The translations under genes were made by a program, and so were the position numbers. A stretch of DNA of 64,000 nucleotides from Eledone cirrhosa (lineage: Eukaryota): the NCBI GenBank assembly GCA_964016885.1, contig OZ024743.1, positions 272,118,001 through 272,182,000 of the forward strand, given 5' to 3'. The notes beneath the pieces were generated by a model that had not been told where the DNA came from, made no database searches, and saw nothing but the letters and a program-made list of their open reading frames with translations. Positions 1 to 13,139 of this stretch are shown here, one piece after another; position 1 is the first letter of the stretch; every line of letters begins with the position of its first letter.

Positions 1-269
1 TTTCAATCTATTCTATTGTAAGTACATCATATACACTAAATATAATTCATTCATAAATCAGATATTTAGCACTGATTATTAAACTATTTAATTGACAGTT
101 TGAAATTGAGCCTATTTCCACCTTTGGAGGTGATGAGGGAGCCATGTACATTTTAACAACTGGCCAGAGCCTGTTATGTGCTTTAGAGGCATACATTTGA
201 CATCTGGCCTGTGCCTTTTATGAATTGTGCAAGACTGACAAATGCTACCGGCAGTAGTAAAGTAGTACC

Positions 270-700
270 AGTTAAGGACAAAAATGATCAACTGCTCATG
301 ACAGAAAGAATAGTCAAAACGATGGATAGAACACTTCAGTGAAGTGTTAAACCAACCAAGCCCAACATCAACTTTAGAACTTGATAGAATGGAAAATGAC
401 TCCAGTAATTCAGAGGTATTCCTTAGTGATAAAACAAAGGGAAAAATGCACAAGGCAATCCAGCTCCAGAAGAATAACAAATCCTCTGGATCAGACTCTA
501 TGCCTGCTGAACTCTTAAAACACGGTTGAAATAGAAAAGCTAACAAAACTTGGAATGGCAATCTGGAACAAAGGAGGAGTATCTAATGAAAGGTCAAAAG
601 GGATTGTAGTAAAAATCTCTAAGAAAGGAGTACTTGCTGATTGCGAAAATTGATGTGGTGTGACTCTTCTAATTATGTCCCGAAAAATCATATGTTGACT
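270..700 (+). mobile_element. RTE-clade LINE reverse transcriptase fragment, degenerate
   Basis: Translates to RW.EHFSEVLNQP, AIQLQKNNKSSGSDSMPAELLK and GIVVKISKKG.LADC with stops and frameshifts. Confidence 0.8.
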
Positions 701-789
701 ACTGTTGAAAAGATTACAAAAGGAACTGGACCACATATTATATATTTACTTATAATACACAGTCACACACACATATATACATGTGTGTG

Positions 790-825
<36 letters not shown>

Positions 826-957
826 TGTATATACATGAATATATATGTAATATGTGTATGTGCATAGGCAGAAATATTTGCCATATTCCTCTATCTCAAA
901 CTGTCATTCCAAAACGGAAAGAGATAGATAGAAAGCGAAAGGAAGAGAAGGAGGTGG

Positions 958-988
<31 letters not shown>

Positions 989-1527
989 AAGAGAGAAAGA
1001 GGTATTATATGTATATATATATATATCGACAGAGAGAAGTGTTAGAGAGACATTAAACACCCGACCTGTGTGATGTTACACTATTCTCATATGAGAGATG
1101 TCAGGTAGAATTAATTGGACAATAGTTTGTACTTGGCTACGATCTTACCTTTGTTTAAGTGACAAAAAACAGACAAAGACAAGGTTCCGGTTAGAAAATA
1201 TACATGCTGTAGAATGTTTTGTTATTCAACATTACTACACACACATATATATATATAAATATGTATATATATATGTGTGTATATGTATATATATATGTAT
1301 ATAGATGTATGTATCTAGAATTTTTTTTTTTTTTTTAATTTTCGTTTTCATTATCTCCCCCTGTCTCCCTTTTTCAATCTTTTATTTGTTATTTTGTAGT
1401 TGTTGTAGTTGTTGTTATAGTTTGCTTCTGCTAGCTTATGGTTTTCTTTTTTGACAAGGTTACCTAAATCAGTGTTTACATTCTCACTTTGCTCAACCAA
1501 ACTATGGCAAGAATGTTGCTGGACACA

Positions 1528-1571
<44 letters not shown>

Positions 1572-2789
1572 TACATATATATGGATATATATATATATAT
1601 ATATGTATACAAGCATGTGTATATTTATATATATATATTTGTGTATGTGTATGTATATGTATAATATATTTGTATGTATGTGTATATATATATTTATTTA
1701 TATGTATATATATATATATTTATTTATATGTATATATATATATTTATATGTATGTATATATATATATATTTATATATATTTATATATATATATATTTATA
1801 TGTATGTATGTATATATATATATTTTTATATATGTATATATATGTGTGTGGTGTGAATATATGTATATAATCATCATCATCATCATTTAATGTCTATTTT
1901 TCCATGCTTGCATGGGTTAGAGGGTTGTCACGTTATGAGACAAGTCAGGTCAGGTGACCAGATCTGTCTAGGTTTATATGGCTGGATGCCCTTCCAAATG
2001 CCAGCCATGTAACAGGGTGAACTAGGTGTTTTTTCTTTAAGATGGCAGCCAACATCACCTGGCACGGTCTCAAAAAAGTTGCCGCTGATTGTGACCGTTG
2101 GCGAGTACCTACTGCTCGATGCGCCGAACGGCACGGAAGAATCTAAGACTAAGACTAAGTATGTATGCATAAATATAAATATATAATACATATATGTGTT
2201 TGTGTGTGTACATATGTCTGTATATATCTATACGGGAGAGATGACCCCTTAGCCTTTGTCAAGGCAGAATTCTAGGAGAAGGAAAACTGATATAACACCT
2301 GCAACCCTGATGGTATCCAATGATGTTGACTTGTTCTTCTTTTTGGTAAATATCATCTTGGTTAAGAGAGTGGGACTGGCTTTGTGCAGTGCCTTTGCTC
2401 ACTATAAAAGCTTCACGGCACAGGCATTGCTTTATATCTGGAGATCTGTCTGCACTTGTCGTCACATGGTACCATGGGCCCAGCACTATGTGTCAATAAT
2501 TGTCACAAGTGTAGTGTTTGTACCAGAGTTTTCATGTCGCTGGCTGGACTAAAAAGTCACACTCGTTCAGCGCATCGGTAGGGGTTCTCCTACATGGATA
2601 TAAAGTAGTGGCCGTACTCGAAAACGAGTTGGCAGCCACCCTATATCTATATATATGTATTTATACACATGCATATATGTAATATATGTATGTATGTATA
2701 TATATATATGTATGTGTCAATATATATATTGTCTGTGTGTGGCTGGAATGTACCTATATCAGTTTAGCACTGGGGTTCCAGTAGTTTGA

Positions 2790-3700
2790 CTAGAACTCTA
2801 GTCTCCCTCAAAGTACTTGTAGTGCTCCAGCCACTTCTGGGAGGTCACCTTCTGGTCCTCCAAAATGAAGGTGCCTAGGGTCTTTGTCACAGCCTCCTTC
2901 ATCTCCTCCACATCTTCAAAGCGGGTAGCCCTAAGCTTCTTCTGCAGCTTTGGGAACATCCAGAAGTTGGATGGGGCTAAAACTGGACTGTAAAGATGAG
3001 GGACAGTCTTGACCCCCATATTGGCCATGTAGTTGGTCACCAGGATGGATTTGTGGTAGAGGGCATTGTCCTGGTGCAGGTGTTACTGACCAGAGTTCTG
3101 GAGGATCCACTGGATGTAGATGATGCCCTTACTGTCAAAGATCATCACAAGCTTCTTAGTGGACCTGCTTTGCTTGGCCTTCTTGGGTCATGCCGAAGTC
3201 AGAATGTTTTCACTGGGCACTCTGTCTCTTGGTTTCTGGATCATAAAAATAGACCCAACTCTCATCACAGCTTACCAGAGACTTGAGGATACTTGAAATC
3301 AAAGTGATCCATTCGACCATCGCTCTGCTGTCATCAATGCATCTCTGCCTTTGATCTTCATTGACCACCCTGGGAACAAACTTTGTGCATGCTCAGATCG
3401 TCATGAATAACCCTGTTCTCAGTGCCCTCAGCCACTTAAAATTGTTTAGCAATTATCAGAAGAGATGCATGACGGTCCTCGTCCAGAAATTTGCAAATTT
3501 TGTCAACCAACTTTGGTGTTCTGATGTCCCTCTCCCTGCCACATCTCTTGCTGTCCCTCATCTCTCCCTGTTCTCCTGGAACCTCTTGTACCAGTGTGAG
3601 CAGAACATTTGCTCTGGCTTTGCTCACCTCTGGACAATTCATTTTACCCATGCTAGCATGAGTATATCCAGTTGTAGAAAGTTCACTGATGAAAGGGTTG
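2790..3700 (-). mobile_element. Tc1/mariner (mariner) transposase remnant
   Basis: ORF 2798-3040 PHLYSPVLAPSNFWMFPKL...YFEGD is the mariner YSPDLAP region. ORF 3436-3777 has the D..R.GR HTH linker. Confidence 0.88.
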
Positions 3701-4597
3701 GAAGGACCCTTTAGATATGTAAAAAAACACAATTTTTTTGCACTTGATATGACCATACATAAGCACGATGCAGACACCTTGGTCTGCCTGGAAGGTCAGT
3801 AGCCCCACTTCAGTACTGACTTGGTCTATGTAGACCCATCCAATACTTGCTAGCAGGGAAAGCAGACGTTAAATGATGATGATGATTGATGTTTTTTTTG
3901 CCCATTTCTGTGTAATGCTTACTCATGGTCTCAAACGACTTCTAAACCAGAACACAGTAGCATGAGAACAACTTATAATGCATAATGTAAACCAAAGGTT
4001 CTCAACCCCTTTTGCCCCTCGAAATCACGAAACGCCCCCCCCCCCCCCCCCCCCCCCTTACCCTTTTTTCCATTTTTCAATATACTACTGATTTTGATAT
4101 CAGTAGATTACTAAAAAATTGATTAACGATATTCCAAAGATGGCAGGCAGTTGAAAGTATAAATACATTCCTTGAAAGGAAGTATATAAATTTCAAAAAA
4201 AGGAACATAAATGTTCTTTTTTATGAATAAGGACCAGTTGAATTTGTTATATTCCCACCAGACGATACCAGCTATTTTGAACATTTATACAAGAGCAACT
4301 CTGTCTATCCAAAGAGTGCTCTTATCTGGAAGAAAGTGGCAATTGTATTATTTCAAAGCTTTCCAATTTTCCCTTTAATGAAATGGACAGAATAAATGTT
4401 GATATCTAACTTGATGTCCCCTCCACTTTGTGAGCTTAGAGACCACGCAAGAGAGTTTTTATGACCACGTAAGAGGGTATATTCATTAGTAAACGGTAAA
4501 ATATATACAACAAATGAGTAGGTGAATTGTGGTAGATGGTTTCCAGTCCAGTCAGACTGCAACTACAAATAAAAAATCGACTTACTTTGACCTCGTA

Positions 4598-6366
4598 TCA
4601 ATGGGACCCTTGAGCTTCATGGAGTTTAGCTAACTCTTTGACGTCAGGCTGGATTTTCGTGAGCTGTAGCCGGAGATCTCCACGTGCAATCACATTGTAG
4701 CGGTTGCGAGCCTTACTATGCAGTCTGCAAACAACGCCAAACCCCCTCTCGACTAAGTATGAGCTAGGAAAAGGCAAAGCAAATCTCTAGCCTCTGCATG
4801 TAGGAGTGGAAATCGACGCTGAATTTCCTCTTGCATCCAAAAAAAGGGGTTCACCTATTTTTGAAAATTTTATTTTGATAATGTCATCTGTCTGAAGTTC
4901 AATTAATTCTTCCTGAAATTTAACGTCGAAATCGTCGACGTTAGCTATGAAGGGATCTGCTATCCACATTGGGATGTCCATCTGCAAAAGGTCGACAAAC
5001 CGTTCTCTCATGTTGTCTTGTAGTGCACGGAGGTGCGCGGTATAAATTTGGAGTTGGTCATCGCTCACAATGTTTTGAACATTGGCAGCACTAGGAAAAT
5101 TATAGAATTCCCGTCGACAAAGATTCCTTTCGATGACTTTCAATTTGGCCAGGAATATTTTCACAGCATTCCTTGCTTTAAACAAGGTGATCTTCTCCCC
5201 CTGCAAAGCCATAATGAGGCTATTGCATTTGTCGAAGATGTCGGCGAGGTAGGCGCAGTCTTGCCTCACATCGAGGTTTTTTTAATACAGTTCTGTGTTG
5301 CGTCCTCGAAGAAACTCAATGATAGAGTCGAACAGTTCAAAGAAGCGAGTAAGGCACTTGCACTTTGAAAGCCACCTCACTTCAGTATGAAGGAGCAACT
5401 CGACGAATTCTTCGTCATTATCTTCGCACAGTTGCTGGAAAATTCGTTCATTGAGGGCATGGCGTTTGATATAATTGATGACATCAATGGCTACCTGCAA
5501 AGACTTGCTCAGCGGCTCGCTGAGTTTCTTCGCAGCCAAGTGTTGTCGATGAATGACACAATGAACAGCAAATACAGATGGATTTTCCCTCTTCAGAAGA
5601 GAGACGAAACCCTTACGTTGACCGACCATTGCTCTTGCGCCGTCCGTAGCACATGATACAATATTGTTAAGAGGTATCTCTTTTTCTTCGAGGTATCCCT
5701 TGACAGATTCAAAGATGGTGGCACCTTTAGTATCTGTGGCTAGATTCAGAGTGAAGAGAAGCTCCTCGTGCATTTCGTTTTGGTGGAAAAATCGCACGTA
5801 TCCCAGTTGTAAGGACTGATTCCCTTAAAGTGTGCTTTCATCAAGTTGCAAAGCAAATTGTGTCGATTTCAAGATGTTACATAATTTTTGTTCAACATTT
5901 TCGATGCGTCTTCTTATTGAGTCGTTACTCAACGGAATACATTTCAAGGTCTTTAACGGGTTCTGACGTAGTACTGTTGAAAGAACTTCTGAGATGACAG
6001 GGGCTACCAATGTTTCACCCAAGGAATGGGGCTTGCCACACTTTGCGATTATGTTGGCAATATTGTAAGATGCGACAAGTCCATCAACATTTGAAGCTTC
6101 AACTTTTGAAAAGGCAGAAGAAATTAGTGTTGTTTTCTGGAATTGGTCCCTAAGAGACTGAAAGTATGCTAAATCTTTATATCTCTTATCGGGGTGCCTC
6201 ACCTCCAGGTGTCTACTCAAACGCGATGGCTTCATCGCCTCATTCGAAAAAGACTCCTTGCAAATTAAACATGGGTGACAGGTGGTTCGACAGCGATGGG
6301 ATGAATCCGAACCGTAAGTAATCAACGCTGTACTGCCTGCATTTTTTTCTTCATTGCTGAGGCCAT
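4598..6366 (-). pseudogene. hAT Buster/Charlie-type (SCAND3/ZBED5/FAM200-like) transposase, near full length, frameshifted
   Basis: MASAMKKKCRQYSVDY start, BED-like C..C/NEAMKPSRL.RHL, FALQLDEST, CATDGA, HCVIHRQHLA, LLLHTEVRWLS, FPSSYLVE.GF and a QGSH-stop end. A Charlie-like TIR caaaggttctcaacc lies at 3993; the partner TIR was not found. Confidence 0.92.
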
Positions 6367-7444
6367 TTTCTGTTTAGCGAATGTGTTTCGTAAAGTTACA
6401 CAAAGATTTGCCTATATAAGTCTATAAAATTATGTATAAGGAACTTACTATAATGAGTCCTGTTCCAGTATGATAAAGTTTCAAGTAATGTTCTGGAATA
6501 ACACTTTGTAATAAACAAAACTGCAAGGAAAAACACAAATACTGTCATTCTTGCCGTTCTGATTTCCAATCCCGCCGAGGTTAACTTTGCCTTTCATCCT
6601 TACGGGGTCGATAAAATAAAGTACCAGTAATGTAATTGCTGGCCTTGTGCCAAAAGTAGAAACAATTAATTAACCAAGTCGAGACAAGTTATATATGAAG
6701 ATTAACCAGTCTTTCATGTAGGAATAGTAATAACTTAGCTTGAGGGAATTAAGGTGGCAGACTCAATAAAGGATCAACGAGGCAACGAGTTCAAGAGAAC
6801 TTAATGCAAGAATGACTAGTAATGTGTTATTTTGAAATGGAATTCATCAATTAAGCACGTAGTGATAAGACGCGATAATACTAAGTTAAGACATTACTTA
6901 TTAGTCAGAGTTACTTAAATTATCGCCCTTACCTTAATGCATCACTGTGATATTCTTGTAATGGTGCTGCAATTATAATCGATGACTGTTGAAGACTACA
7001 AAAGCATTTCCTTAAACCCAAGGCTATAATAAGACTTGATCGTAGTATAAACAGTCAGTTTATATAGGAATAGCAACAACCTAGTTATAGAATAAATGAG
7101 GTGGAAATGCAATGAAGAGAAGATGGGGTCAAGCAAACCGAATGTTAGTAAGAATGAGCTGAAGTATCGAGGTGAAGCCGATCACGGTGATGAACGGGTC
7201 AGTGAATAATGTTGCTCTTTCCCAGGGGCCTCGTTTGCCTTAAACATTTGTTGGAGCATTTTAGTATTACTTATGGTGTCTTTCCTGAACCTATCACATA
7301 AGTAAACATTTCTTTACGCTAATTACATTTTATATATTCAAATGAAGTTCAGATATAAAAAAAAATAAGCTTTAAACGTATTTATTATATCAAATAAAAT
7401 AAAAATAAAACATAAACGTTTGAATAAAAATCATATAAAGTAAA

Positions 7445-8620
7445 TTTATTGTCTTTTAGAACTTTCCAAATGTATCATATCTCGCATCATTGCTGTCAAT
7501 AAATAATTTAGCAACTTCTTCACAACTAATCTTTTTCAAAACATCTTTATGAACGTCTCATATTAGAATATGATTCAACCTTTGCTAAGTCATGGTCGAT
7601 CGCAACCAAGTTTTGAGTCTCTGCAGAGCGCTAAAAGATCTTTCAGCTTCACAAGAACTGGTTGGAAACATTAAAAGTAGCCTGAGCAATCGCTCAACAT
7701 TTAGAAACATGCGACGGACTTCTGGTTGCATTTCACCGAATATTTTACGATGATCCTCGAGAGATGATCCACTAAGATGATTTCTATAAAAAAGTATTTC
7801 GTTCCTTAAAGAAAATTCATCAAGCCCTGGATACTGTATGATCACTTCAACACAAATATTTCCATTGAGTAAAATATTGCTCAGTTTTTCATAATCTGCT
7901 AAATCCTGTGAAAAAAAAAATCTTTCAAATTTGATATTGCAGTATCCGCTACCTGCAAATATTGCACTCTGTAATGATCCAAAGCAGTGTAGTGTTGATA
8001 TTTTAACGCATTTCCTTCCTGGTATCTTTTAGGAACTTTTCGTGCCTGGGTAGCTCCAAAGGAGAAATAGCGAGTTGATAAATCATTTTTTTCTGCTGTA
8101 TTGAACAGCTCCTGAAATTTTTCTTCACTGCGTAGATTTTTTTAGCTCCTCCTGCACCAGTTTGACACTATGCAACATGCTACCTAGATTGAAGGTGGTA
8201 CTTTGAAAAGATTTGTTCAATCCTTCAAGGAATTGAAGTAATGGAACTACAACGTGCAATCCAAGAACACATTGGCCCAGAGAGTGACATGTAAGAATAA
8301 CATTAGCTCTGGATGCAATGTTGGTGCCAAACTCATTTGTTGCCTCTTGTAAAGAAATAGGGACATCTGAATAATTGTCAAGAAGGGCTTTGACTGCAGA
8401 AAGTCGTGTTAGCCATCGGTGTTAAGGAGCATGGTGACGATACTTCATTTTCTTCATCATGTTGTGATAAATACGCTTGCTTAAATTTCCCTGATGTACT
8501 ATTCCGCAATTCATTCACGTAACCTAGAACATTTTTGATAAGTGAAGCTTGTTGTACAGACTTAGTTATAATAAGTTGAGAAATATGAATGCCGCAGTGC
8601 ACGTAATGGGCCAAATCAAG
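7445..8620 (-). mobile_element. hAT (ZMYM1/PRKRIR-like) transposase C-terminal remnant
   Basis: YVHCGIH (CxxH) and the hATC dimerization motif PTSSCEAERSFSALQRLKTWLRSTMT, with multiple disruptions. Confidence 0.88.
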
Positions 8621-9066
8621 TTAAGTTAGAATCTTTAAAAAGATCTTTAAAAAATACCCGTACGAATTAAATACTAAAAAAGTTTCAGTCCAAAACAAAA
8701 GCAAACTATTTCAAATTATATATTTTTGAAAAATAAACGTGAATGTTCTCAAAGACTTTATTTCAGTCGAAAAAGCTTTTTTTTTTTAAATTCTATATTT
8801 CACTGTTAGCTGTTGTAATATTTTGATTGGATAAACAATTCTACAATTCAAACTGTAAAATCAAAATACAAAAGATGTAAAATATGAAGAATTTCTTACC
8901 TTTCTCTGAAATCACAAACTCAGGGGAAAAATAGTACCTTGCAAAATAAAATACCTCGTAGCAAAATCAAATACTTAGCAACGAATGAAGCTCGGAGACA
9001 GTGAGAAAGTAGTATTTGTATCCCTTATATATATAGATACACAGACACACACAAACACACATAGAC

Positions 9067-9161
<95 letters not shown>

Positions 9162-9299
9162 AACTTGTGTGTGTGCCTTGGTTTGGGTACAGAAAGAATT
9201 TTGTCTACAGTTTTTTATTGCCACTGCTCTTTTCAACAACGCCAAATAACAACGCTCCACACACACACACACACATATATATATTTTACTTTTTTCTGA

Positions 9300-9540
9300 C
9301 TCTGGACTACGCCCATGCTGGAGCATCACCTTGGTATGTTATGGGGACGTCAACAAACCAACAAGCATTGGTGGGAGGGCAAACACAAACGCAAAGACAC
9401 ACACAGACATATATACATATATACGACGGGCTCCTTTTAGTTTCGATCTATCAAATCCACTCACAGGGCTTTGGTCGTCCTGGGCAGTGGGACTGAACCC
9501 GGAAATATGTGGTTGGGAAACAAGGTTCTTGTCACACTGC
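9300..9540 (-). mobile_element. Second tRNA-derived SINE family, degenerate copy
   Basis: Minus strand reads a box-B-like gggttcagtccca. The ccagcatgg tail motif recurs at 11390, 43552 and 63017. Confidence 0.55.
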
Positions 9541-9642
<102 letters not shown>

Positions 9643-10509
9643 GTAAATATATGTATGTATGTAGATTTATATATATATGTATGTATGTATGTATGTAGAT
9701 TTATATATATATATATGTATGTATGTAGATTTATATATATATATATATATATATGCATGTAGATTTATATATATATATATATATATAAATCTACATACAT
9801 ACATATATATATATACATTTATATTTAAGTGTGTAAGGATGTTGATATGATCTATATCTTCTTTTTTTGGTAAGGAGAACATTTTTGTCGCCAGATTTTG
9901 TTACCTAGGGAGATTAACTACCACACCTCTGGCTGAAAGCTGACCAGGTTCTCAACTTCATCAATAACTAACGCCGGCCTGTGTGTATATATGTGTGTGT
10001 GTGTGTATGTATGGGTATATATGTGTGTGTATGTATGTATGTATGTATGTATGTATGTATGTGTATATATGTTCATCACCATTGCTTCTTCTTGTCATTT
10101 CTGTTGAAGGAGTCCTTACTTTCATTCTCTTTGATTTCTTTTGATTTTCTTTTATCTCCCTAGGGAATTCATTGACAAGCTTCTTTAATTTATTTTCTTC
10201 GTTTTCTTCATTCAAATCACTGACTGTCTAAGAGACGTACAAATATGACTTATAAAACTTAAACTAAAGGGGCTTCTAGCGCCCTCAAAGTTTCAAAGGC
10301 CCCCTTACTGCATAACGCCCCCCTAACGCCCCATCACGGCTCCTAGAGCTACGACCCCCCCGGGGGGGGGGCATATGCCCGCCCATCGAGAGCCTTTAAT
10401 GTAAACATTTATAAAACCATATTCCATTCATGTAATTTATAAAACCATATTCCATTCATGTAATTTATAAAACTATATTCCATTCAATACAAAAATACAG
10501 TGTCTAAGC

Positions 10510-11050
10510 AAAATGTTTGTCAGGAAACATTTAATCCACAGCAGTAGTTCTCCACAGACTCCAATGTTGGATAGTTTCTTCAATAGGATGTTGTGATTGA
10601 CCCTGTCAAAGGCCTTGCTGAAATCAAGGTAAATAACATCCATGCTGGAGCCATCTCCCAAGCTTTTAGGATGTCATCAAAGTGATGAGGAAACTGTGTC
10701 AGGCAGTCCCTGCCATCCCCAAACCCATGCTGGTTGGAGTTCAACAGATTGTTCTTTTCAAGGAAGAGGGTTATTCACCACCCTCTCAAATTCCTTGATG
10801 ATAGGAGTGGTGAGTGAGATTTGATGGTAATTTGCTGCAAGGGATTTGTTCACCTTTTTGAAGACTGGGACGACATATTTGGACACAAAATGTTCAGGGA
10901 TACAGCCTGCGTATGAGTTTCTCTAAAGATTAGTAAGAGGGGCTGATGCAAGTTGATGTCAGCAATTCTTCAGGGTAGTAGCAGAGAACCTACTGGGGCC
11001 TACTGCTGAGTTGTAGTTGATTTTATTTATTGACACTAATATATCAGGTT
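10510..11050 (-). mobile_element. CR1/L2-like LINE RT fragment
   Basis: DVIYLDFSKAFDRVNHNILLKKL...GELLLWIKCFLT, plus upstream VPVFKK and ANYHQISLT motifs. Confidence 0.85.
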
Positions 11051-12614
11051 TGCCAAACATTATGTCAGATATAGTGTGCTGGAGCAACCCTGAAAAACAG
11101 GGTGCTACAGTGCAGTACCAAAGGTTCCATTCCTCACATCTAGAGTAAGGATTACATATTACAATAGCCTGGGGTTCAAAGGCCCCATCTCATTAATAAG
11201 CTGCCCAAAAACCTGAGAGATCTACATGGTGTGGATATAGAGGTTTTCAAGAAACATCTCAACATTCTCCTAATTAAGATCTTAGATGAACCCACAGCAT
11301 GAGCTGAAGTGCAGCAATGAAAAACTCCCTCTTACATCAATGGCCAACCAAGGAAGGCTGGCTATGGAAATTGTAGCAGCAATGGTGGTGCCCCAGCATG
11401 GCCTCAACCAGTCAGCTAGAACAGGTAAAAATGTATAGATATAAACATATGTATCCATAAAAATGAACATATACATCCGTATATATGTATATGTGCAATA
11501 TGAAATATGTGTGTATATGTATATATACATATACATGTATGTATATATCCATACACATTCACACACACATTCATAACTGCTCTTACTCTCTACTGATTCC
11601 TTATTATTCAACCTGAAAAGATGACAGCCAAAAACAGGTCCCATATTTTTGTTATTAATCAGGAATCTGGGTGAAACTTTTGAAAATATTTGTGTTTTAT
11701 ACATTGGTTATTTGCTGCTGTTATTGTTGAGTGCGAGTGTGTGTTGTGGTTGTGTTGTGTGTGTATATGTGTGTAATATAATTTGGGTTAGACAAAGGAT
11801 TTCCTGGGAAAAGAGATCACAGTAAACACTTGTCCCAGTTAATTTTCTCCTGCATACCTCTATGTTATTGATATAGTTCAGTTTTAAACCCAATCATATC
11901 ACAATGGACCAACAAAGCTTTATTAAAAGGAACTACATACCATCAATTTAAAGTCAGTTTCAAAGAGAACTGTGATATTTTTCATCACAAATGTTTACAC
12001 TAATAATAATAATAATAAAATTAATATTAATAATAATAATAATAATGGTTTTTGATTTAGGCACAAAGCCAGCAATTTTCAGGGTAGGGAAAGTTGATTA
12101 AATCAACTCCAGTGTGTGAGTGGTACTCTATTGAGCTTGTATGGATGAAAGACAAAGCTAACCTTGGCGGGATTTGAAATCAGAATGTAAAAGGCAGTAA
12201 ATCTATGTCACAAAGCACGGTGTCCGACATTTTACCGATACTGCCAATTGAATAATTTCTTTTATTGGCCACAAGGGCCCATGACGTTGGGGATAATATA
12301 AGGATAAAGACAACACAACACAAATTGGGGTTTACATCAAATAAAAGAAAAGGGACATTATTGAAGTGAAAACAGTGGAAACAATAACAGAAATTGTAAT
12401 ACATATTCAAATAACAGAAATTGTAATACATATTCATCATAATAGTTTAAAAAAAGAAAGAAACCAATAACAAATGCCAACAAAATATTCAAAAAGGGTA
12501 CTACAAATGTAGTAAGGAGGATGAATTGTAGGACCTTTGGTTATTTGTTATGACCTGCTCCTGTATGTTAATTTTAACAAAATAAGATCTGTGTTTGAAA
12601 TATTAACAATCTTC

Positions 12615-12912
12615 TTTTCTTCTTCTTCTTCCTCGCCCACTTATTCCTGAGAGGGTCTTGCGGTCAGAGTCCTCAAAAATTCCTTTCAGCAGGTCCTCTC
12701 AGAAGCAACAATCTCTAACTGATCCGGCTGTATCTCCAAGTGAGACCAGCCAATCTCATGGATGTTATCCAACCATCTTGCTCGAGGTCTACCTCTGGGT
12801 TTCCTCTTGTCAATTTTTACCCATAAAATTCTTTCCCGAGCCATTTTAACCACATGCCCATAGTATTGGAGCTGTGATCTCTCAATTCAGAGAAGTAGTG
12901 GATCTACCTGGA
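12615..12912 (-). mobile_element. RTE LINE 3' end with (GAA)n tail
   Basis: Minus strand IERSQLQYYGHVVKM and KPRGRPRARWLD, then a GAA repeat tail. Related pieces lie at 36045-36360 (+) and 57480-57850 (-). Confidence 0.75.
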
Positions 12913-13139
12913 ATGATAATACCAATAATGATAAAAATTGCAGTATGGTCAGATATATAAAAGCAATCATACCACATCGTCCTTCATGTGAGGTATCAAG
13001 TTGTGTGTTCAAGCCTTAGGTAGAGGGACCTGTTTGAAAAATATATTGCTATCTGTATCTAACACTGAAAAAATGATGATGGGCCTGCAATCTGTCCTGG
13101 TGGGAATATGATGGACACAAAGATCGCATATCCCAAGAC

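Noticed and set aside
641-1890. [12 protein letters not shown] ORFs here and at 8967-10163 and 42987-43254
   Set aside because: These are translations of TA and CA microsatellites.
3686-3720. CTGATGA followed by a 6 bp stem
   Set aside because: The stem is followed by TAGA rather than GAAA, and it lies at the edge of the mariner remnant.
8900-8988. Possible minus-strand first exon (Inr-like TCATT and donor AG|GTAAGA)
   Set aside because: Only short motifs, and no downstream coding exon was identified in the window.
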